Assembly: GCA_964057225.1 (NCBI GenBank)
Contig: OZ059900.1
Coordinates: 3,410,001-3,474,000, forward strand
Direction: 5' to 3'
Length of the DNA: 64,000 nt
Source of the DNA: Auanema rhodensis
Lineage: Eukaryota > Animalia > Nematoda
Shown here piece by piece: positions 56,316 through 64,000 of the stretch. The stretch's first letter is position 1; each line of letters opens with the position of its first letter. The position numbers and the translations under genes are program-made. The notes under the pieces were generated by a model. The model searched no databases and was not told the origin of the DNA. It saw nothing but the letters and a program-made list of their open reading frames with translations.

Positions 56316-59300
56316 TATGAGCGATTTAGCCAAATTGGACTCAAAACTCGGAAATTTCAAAAATTATTTCTATTTTCGACCTTTTTTGATCAAAATGAAT
56401 AAATATCAGTGCAAACTTGTAAAAATAGACTTATTTTGTGTATTATGTGTTTGATTCTCGAATCTTAACAAATATGATCAAAATTTACAAGTATTACAGA
56501 TTTTGTACCAAAAATCGGTGAGTATATGGTGTTAAAGGCATAAAAACGACCATACTTAGTGTAGTAATGCTATTTGAGTGAAATTCAGTGATTTAATCAT
56601 TATTAGTGTATATTTGAAGACTTTTGTTATCATAGACAGTAAAACTATGCTTTTGATCATATATATGAGCGATTTAGCCCAATTCGACTCAAAACTCGGA
56701 AAATTCAAAAATTCTTTCTATTTTCGACCTTTTTTGATGAAAATGAATATATATCAGTGTAAACTCATAAAAATAGACTGATTTTGTGTATTGTGTGTTT
56801 GATTCTCAAATCTTAACAAATATGATCAAATTTTACGAGTATTACAGATTTTGTACCAAAAATTGGTGAGTATATGGTGTTAAAGGCATAAAAACGACCA
56901 TACTTAGTGTAGTAATGCTATTTGAGCGAAATTCAGTATTTAAACATCACTAGCGTTTAATTGATGACTTTTGTTGTCATAGACATTAAAACTATGCTTT
57001 TGATCATATAAATGAGCGATTTAGCCAAATTAGACTCAAAACTCGGAAATTTCAAAAATTCTTTCTATTTTCGACCTTTTTTGATCAAAATGAATAAATA
57101 TCAGTGCAAGCTCATAAAAATAGACTGATTTTGTTTATTGTGTGTTTGATTTTTGAATCTTAACAAATATGATCAAAATTTACGAGTATTACAGATTTTG
57201 TACCAAAAATCGGTGAGTATATGGTGTTAAGGCATAAAAACGACCATACTTAGTGTAGTAATGCTATTTGAGCGAAAATCAGTATTTAAACATCACTAGC
57301 ATTTAATTGATGACTTTTGTTGTCATAGACAATAAAACTATGCTTCTGATCATATATATGAGCGATTTAGCCAAATTAGACTCAAAACTCGGAAATTTCA
57401 AAAATTCTTTCTATTTTCGACCTTTTTTGATCAAAATGAATATATATCAGTGCAAGCTCATAAAAATAGACTGATTTTGTGTATTGTATGTTTGATTCTC
57501 GAATCTTAACGAATATGATCAAAATTTACGAGTATTACAGATTTTGTACCAAAAATCGGTGAGTATATGGTGTTAAAGGCATAAAAAAGACCATACATAG
57601 TGTAGTAATGCTATTTGAGCGAAATTCAGTATTTAATCATTATTAGTGTATATTTGAAGACTTTTGTTATCATAGACAGTAAAACTATGCTTTTGATCAT
57701 ATATATGAGCGATTTAGCCAAATTAGACTCAAAACTCGGAAATTTCAAAAATTCTTTCTATTTTCGACCTTTTTTGATCAAAATGAAGATATATCAGTGC
57801 AAGCTCATAAAAATAGACTGATTTTGTTTATTGTGTGTTTGATTTTTGAATCTTAACAAATATGATCGAAATTTACGAGTATTACAGATTTTGTACCAAA
57901 AATCGGTGAGTATATGGTGTTAAGGCATAAAAACGACCATACTTAGTGTAGTAATGCTATTTGAGCGAAAATCAGTATTTAAACATCACTAGCGTTTAAT
58001 TGATGACTTTTGTTGTCATAGACAATAAAACTATGCTTCTGATCATATATATGAGCGATTTAGCCAAATTAGACTCAAAACTCGGAAATTTCAAAAATTC
58101 TTTCTATTTTCGACCTTTTTTGATCAAAATGAATATATATCAGTGCAAGCTCATAAAAATAGACTGATTTTGTGTATTGTATGTTTGATTCTCGAATCTT
58201 AACGAATATGATCAAAATTTACGAGTATTACAGATTTTGTACCAAAAATCGGTGAGTATATGGTGTTAAAGGCATAAAAACGACCATACATAGTGTAGTA
58301 ATGCTATTTGAGCGAAATTCAGTATTTAAACATCACTAGCGTTTAATTGATGACTTTTGTTGTTATAGACATTAAAACTATGCTTCTGATCATATATATG
58401 AGCGATTTAGCCAAATTGGACTCAAAACTCGGAAATTTCAAAAATTATTTCTATTTTCGACCTTTTTTGATCAAAATGAATAAATATCAGTGCAAACTTG
58501 TAAAAATAGACTTATTTTGTGTATTATGTGTTTGATTCTCGAATCTTAACAAATATGATCAAAATTTACAAGTATTACAGATTTTGTACCAAAAATCGGT
58601 GAGTATATGGTGTTAAAGGCATAAAAACGACCATACTTAGTGTAGTAATGCTATTTGAGTGAAATTCAGTGATTTAATCATTATTAGTGTATATTTGAAG
58701 ACTTTTGTTATCATAGACAGTAAAACTATGCTTTTGATCATATATATGAGCGATTTAGCCCAATTCGACTCAAAACTCGGAAAATTCAAAAATTCTTTCT
58801 ATTTTCGACCTTTTTTGATCAAAATGAATATATATCAGTGCAAACTCATAAAAATAGACTGATTTTGTTCATTGTGTGTTTGATTTTTGAATCTTAACAA
58901 ATATGATCAAAATTTACGAGTATTACAGATTTTGTACCAAAAATCGGTGAGTATATGGTGTTAAAGGCATAAAAACGACCATACTTAGTGTAGTAATGCT
59001 ATTTGAGCGAAAATCAGTATTTAAACATCACTAACGTTTAATTGATGACTTTTGTTGTCATAGACAATAAAACTATGCTTCTGATCATATATATGAGCGA
59101 TTTAGCCAAATTAGACTCAAAACTCGGAAATTTCAAAAATTCTTTCTATTTTCGACCTTTTTTGATCAAAATGAAGATATATCAGTGCAAGCTCATAAAA
59201 ATAGACTGATTTTGTTTATTGTGTGTTTGATTTTTGAATCTTAACAAATATGATCAAAATTTACGAGTATTACAGATTTTGTACCAAAAATCGGTGAGTA

Positions 59301-59525
59301 TATGGTGTTAAGGCATAAAAACGACCATACTTAGTGTAGTAATGCTATTTGAGCGAAAATCAGTATTTAAACATCACTAGCGTTTAATTGATGACTTTTG
59401 TTGTCATAGACAATAAAACTATGCTTCTGATCATATATATGAGCGATTTAGCCAAATTAGACTCAAAACTCGGAAATTTCAAAAATTCTTTCTATTTTCG
59501 ACCTTTTTTGATCAAAATGAATATA

Positions 59526-60828
59526 TTAGGTCCCGAACTAAGTCTTGCGCCCCCCCTAGTGTGATATGAAAAATCAAAAAAAAAGTATGTAGTTGCAAAA
59601 AATTTATTAAACACTGTATTGCCCTTTGTTGGCAATAACCTTCTCCCACTTTTCTTTCAGCTTTCGAATTCCGTTTCTGAAAAATAGTTTACTTTTAGAT
59701 GCAAAAAAAATTTTAACAAAATTTTCAACTTCCTCTAAGGTTTTGAAGTTTTCACCCCTTAAACTATGCTCCATTGATCTAAACAGATGGTAATCTGTTG
59801 GAGCAAGATCTGGAGAGTATGGGGGATGCTTCAAAACCGTCCAGTTCATGTCCTGAAGCGTCTGTTGGGCTTTCGCACAACAGTGTGGGCGCGCGTTGTC
59901 GTGCAGTAGCGCGATGCTCCTGTTTCTGAGCCCCTCATCAGCTTCAATGGCAGCATGAAGCTTTCTGAGTTGCTCAGAATAGTAGTTCTCATCTATGGTT
60001 CTTCCATAAGGAAGAAGCTCATAGAAAAGAACACCGTTTTCGCTCCAGAAAACGGATAGGAGAGCTTTTTTAGGCGTTTGTGGGTTTGCCCTGGGGGTCA
60101 TTGGAACTTCCTGCCCAGGGTTTACCCAAAACTTAAGCCTGTTTGGATTGGAGTAGAGAATCCACTTCTCGTCTCCAGTTACCAAACTTTTGAAAAAACC
60201 CCTTTTTTGGCTCATTTTCAGAAGATCCTGAGCCAAACTTATTCTCGATCTGAGATTACTCTCAGTCAGAACATGCGGGGAAAAAGGTGAAATTTTATGG
60301 ATTTTACCCATTTTTTTCAACCTTTTTGAAATAGCAACATCGCTGACTTTCAGAATGTTTCCCATTTGAAGCTGAGTTGCTCCAGGATTCTCATCCAAAA
60401 CATTCTGAAGGTCTGCGTTGCTGAATTTCTTACCAGCGCCAGACCTTGGACGATCTTTTAAATCGGTTTCGCCCGCTCTAAAACGCGAATACCATCTTTT
60501 GCAGGTGCTGTAGTTTGGAGATGAATCTCCATAAACAGCTCTCATTTTTTTAAAGGCTGCTTTCGCAGATAATCCTTCATTAAAATGATAAAAAAGAGTA
60601 TGGCGCGCATGAGTAGAATTCATAACAGAAAACAGCAAAAAAAAAGATGGAAAATTAAAAACTAATTTTTCAAACAAAAAAATTTGTTTTTTGAAATTTT
60701 TTTTTGATAATATTGTTTTAAATTATTCAAATTTTCTTAATTTTAAATAATTTTAAATTTTTTTTTAAATTTTTCGAAAAAATTCGAAAAACTAGGGGGG
60801 GGGGCGCAAGACTTAGTTCGGGACCTAA
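59526..60828 (-). mobile_element. mariner DNA transposon, copy 4 (1303 bp)
   Basis: Same TIRs, TA duplication and insertion point. Confidence 0.97.
59607..60623 (-). CDS. mariner transposase (338 aa), intact DD34D
   Basis: Protein identical to copy 1. Confidence 0.95.
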   Translation of the reverse strand: MNSTHARHTLFYHFNEGLSAKAAFKKMRAVYGDSSPNYSTCKRWYSRFRAGETDLKDRPRSGAGKKFSNADLQNVLDENPGATQLQMGNILKVSDVAISKRLKKMGKIHKISPFSPHVLTESNLRSRISLAQDLLKMSQKRGFFKSLVTGDEKWILYSNPNRLKFWVNPGQEVPMTPRANPQTPKKALLSVFWSENGVLFYELLPYGRTIDENYYSEQLRKLHAAIEADEGLRNRSIALLHDNARPHCCAKAQQTLQDMNWTVLKHPPYSPDLAPTDYHLFRSMEHSLRGENFKTLEEVENFVKIFFASKSKLFFRNGIRKLKEKWEKVIANKGQYSV

Positions 60829-61087
60829 TATATCAGTGCAAGCTCATAAAAATAGACTGATTTTGTGTATTGTATGTTTGATTCTCGAATCTTAACGAAT
60901 ATGATCAAAATGTACGAGTATTACAGATTTTGTACCAAAAATCGGTGAGTATATGGTGTTAAAGGCATAAAAACGACCATACATAGTGTAGTAATGCTAT
61001 TTGAGCGAAATTCAGTATTTAAACATCACTAGCGTTTAATTGATGACTTTTGTTGTTATAGACATTAAAACTATGTTTTTGATCATA

Positions 61088-61095
61088 TACATGTA
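61088..61095. other. TACATGTA probable Tc1-type excision footprint
   Basis: Same 6-bp insertion, 260 bp after the end of copy 4. Confidence 0.75.
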
Positions 61096-64000
61096 TATGA
61101 GCGATTTAGCCAAATTAGACTCAAAACTCGGAAAATTCAAAAATTCTTTCTATTTTCGACCTTTTTTGATCAAAATGAATATATATCAGTGCAAACTCAT
61201 AAAAATAGACTGATTTTGTGTATTGTATGTTTGATTCTCAAATCTTAACGAATATGATCGAAATTTACGAGTATTACAGATTTTGTACCAAAAATCGGTG
61301 AGTATATGGTGTTAAAGGCATAAAAACGACCATACTTAGTGTAGTAATGCTATTTGAGCGAAATTCAGTATTTAAACATCACTAGCGTTTAATTGATGAC
61401 TTTTGCTGTCATAGACATTAAAACTATGCTTTTGATCATATAAATGAGCGATTTAGCCAAATTAGACTCAAAACTCGGAAATTTCAAAAATTCTTTCTAT
61501 TTTCGACCTTTTTTGATCAAAATGAATATATATCAGTGCAAACTCATAAAAATAGACTTATTTCGTGTATTATGTGTTTGATTCTCGAATCTTAACAAAT
61601 ATGATCAAAATTTACAAGTATTACAGATTTTGTACCAAAAATCGGTGAGTATATGGTGTTAAAGGCATAAAAACGACCATACTTAGTGTAGTAATGCTAT
61701 TTGAGCGAAAATCAGTATTTAAACATCACTAGCGTTTAATTGATGACTTTTGTTGTTATAGACAATAAAACTATGTTTTTGATCATATATATGAGCGATT
61801 TAGCCCAATTGGACTCAAAACTCGGAAATTTCAAAAATTCTTTCTATTTTCGACCTTTTTTGATCAAAATGAATAAATATCAGTGCAAACTCATAAAAAT
61901 AGACTTATTTCGTGTATTATGTGTTTGATTCTCGAATCTTAACGAATATGATCAAAATTTACGAGTATCACAGATTTTGTACCAAAAATCGGTGAGTTTA
62001 TGGTGTTAAAGGCATAAAAACGACCATACTTAGTGTAGTAATGCTATTTGAGCGAAAATCAGTATTTAAACATCACTAGCGTTTAATTGATGACTTTTGT
62101 TGTTATAGACAATAAAACTATGTTTTTGATCATATATATGAGCGATTTAGCCCAATTGGACTCAAAACTCGGAAAATTCAAAAATTCTTTCTATTTTCGA
62201 CCTTTTTTGATCAAAATGAATATATATCAGTGCAAACTCATAAAAATAGACTGATTTTGTTTATTGTGTGTTTGGTTTTTGAATCTTAACAAATATGATC
62301 AAAATTTACGAGTATTACAGATTTTGTACCAAAAATCGGTGAGTATATGGTGTTAAAGGCATAAAAACGACCATACTTAGTGTAGTAATGCTATTTGAGC
62401 GAAAATCAGTATTTAAACATCACTAACGTTTAATTGATGACTTTTGTTGTCATAGACAATAAAACTATGCTTCTGATCATATATATGAGCGATTTAGCCA
62501 AATTAGACTCAAAACTCGGAAATTTCAAAAATTCTTTCTATTTTCGACCTTTTTTGATGAAAATGAAGATATATCAGTGCAAGCTCATAAAAATAGACTG
62601 ATTTTGTTTATTGTGTGTTTGATTTTTGAATCTTAACAAATATGATCAAAATTTACGAGTATTACAGATTTTGTACCAAAAATCGGTGAGTATATGGTGT
62701 TAAGGCATAAAAACGACCATACTTAGTGTAGTAATGCTATTTGAGCGAAAATCAGTATTTAAACATCACTAGCATTTAATTGATGACTTTTGTTGTCATA
62801 GACAATAAAACTATGCTTCTGATCATATATATGAGCGATTTAGCCAAATTAGACTCAAAACTCGGAAATTTCAAAAATTCTTTCTATTTTCGACCTTTTT
62901 TGATCAAAATGAATATATATCAGTGCAAGCTCAAAAAAATAGACTGATTTTGTGTATTGTATGTTTGATTCTCGAATCTTAACGAATATGATCAAAATTT
63001 ACGAGTATTACAGATTTTGTACCAAAAATCGGTGAGTATATGGTGTTAAAGGCATAAAAAAGACCATACATAGTGTAGTAATGCTATTTGAGCGAAATTC
63101 AGTATTTAAACATCACTAGCGTTTAATTGATGACTTTTGTTGTTATAGACATTAAAACTATGTTTTTGATCATATATATGAGCGATTTAGCCAAATTGGA
63201 CTCAAAACTCGGAAATTTCAAAAATTATTTCTATTTTCGACCTTTTTTGATCAAAATGAATAAATATCAGTGCAAACTTGTAAAAATAGACTTATTTTGT
63301 GTATTATGTGTTTGATTCTCGAATCTTAACAAATATGATCACAATTTACGAGTATTACAGATTTTGTACCAAAAATCGGTGAGTATATGGTGTTAAAGGC
63401 ATAAAAACGACCATACTTAGTGTAGTAATGCTATTTGAGCGAAAATCAGTATTTAAACATCACTAACGTTTAATTGATGACTTTTGTTGTCATAGACAAT
63501 AAAACTATGCTTCTGATCATATATATGAGCGATTTAGCCAAATTAGACTCAAAACTCGGAAATTTCAAAAATTCTTTCTATTTTCGACCTTTTTTGATCA
63601 AAATGAAGATATATCAGTGCAAGCTGATAAAAATAGACTGATTTTGTTTATTGTGTGTTTGATTTTTGAATCTTAACAAATATGATCAAAATTTACGAGT
63701 ATTACAGATTTTGTACCAAAAATCGGTGAGTATATGGTGTTAAGGCATAAAAACGACCATACTTAGTGTAGTAATGCTATTTGAGCGAAAATCAGTATTT
63801 AAACATCACTAGCGTTTAATTGATGACTTTTGTTGTCATAGACAATAAAACTATGCTTCTGATCATATATATGAGCGATTTAGCCAAATTAGACTCAAAA
63901 CTCGGAAATTTCAAAAATTCTTTCTATTTTCGACCTTTTTTGATCAAAATGAATATATATCAGTGCAAGCTCATAAAAATAGACTGATTTTGTGTATTGT

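Larger units (their letters stand above)
1..64000. repeat. AT-rich satellite DNA array, ~347-bp monomer, ~169 head-to-tail copies, interrupted only by four mariner insertions
   Basis: CTCAAAACTCGGAAA recurs at 1, 348, 695, 1042 etc. ORF-track repeats recur at multiples of ~347. All monomers have the same orientation and the array runs off both window ends. Confidence 0.99.

Noticed and set aside
35477-60828. Four independent site-specific insertions (satellite-targeting transposon)
   Set aside because: Shared orientation, flanking variants and the linked footprint are explained more simply by one insertion plus duplication.
1281-63315. Dozens of 61-101 aa plus-strand ORFs (MMTFVVIDNK..., MKFSDLNII...)
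   Set aside because: These are translations of the satellite monomer, mostly from non-ATG starts. They open and close with random SNPs and indels and show no recognisable domain.

Overview
Eukaryotic-type satellite DNA. Nearly the whole 64 kb is one head-to-tail, AT-rich tandem array of a ~347-bp monomer (346-348 bp variants, ~169 copies). It is organised in shifting higher-order blocks (9-, 12-, 13-, 17- and 25-monomer offsets), with a left-to-right turnover of diagnostic variants. The only other sequence is four near-identical ~1.3-kb mariner (DD34D) transposons on the minus strand, each with TTAGGTCCCG... terminal inverted repeats and a TA duplication. All four sit at the same nucleotide of the same monomer variant, so they most likely derive from one insertion that was then copied by array duplication. 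Exactly 260 bp downstream of every copy is a 6-bp insertion giving TA-CATG-TA in the centre of a CATATATATG palindrome. This matches the classical excision footprint and target consensus of a Tc1-type (CA...TG-ended) element and does not match the resident mariner's ends. The many short ORFs in the track are by-products of the satellite. The host species cannot be determined from the sequence alone.
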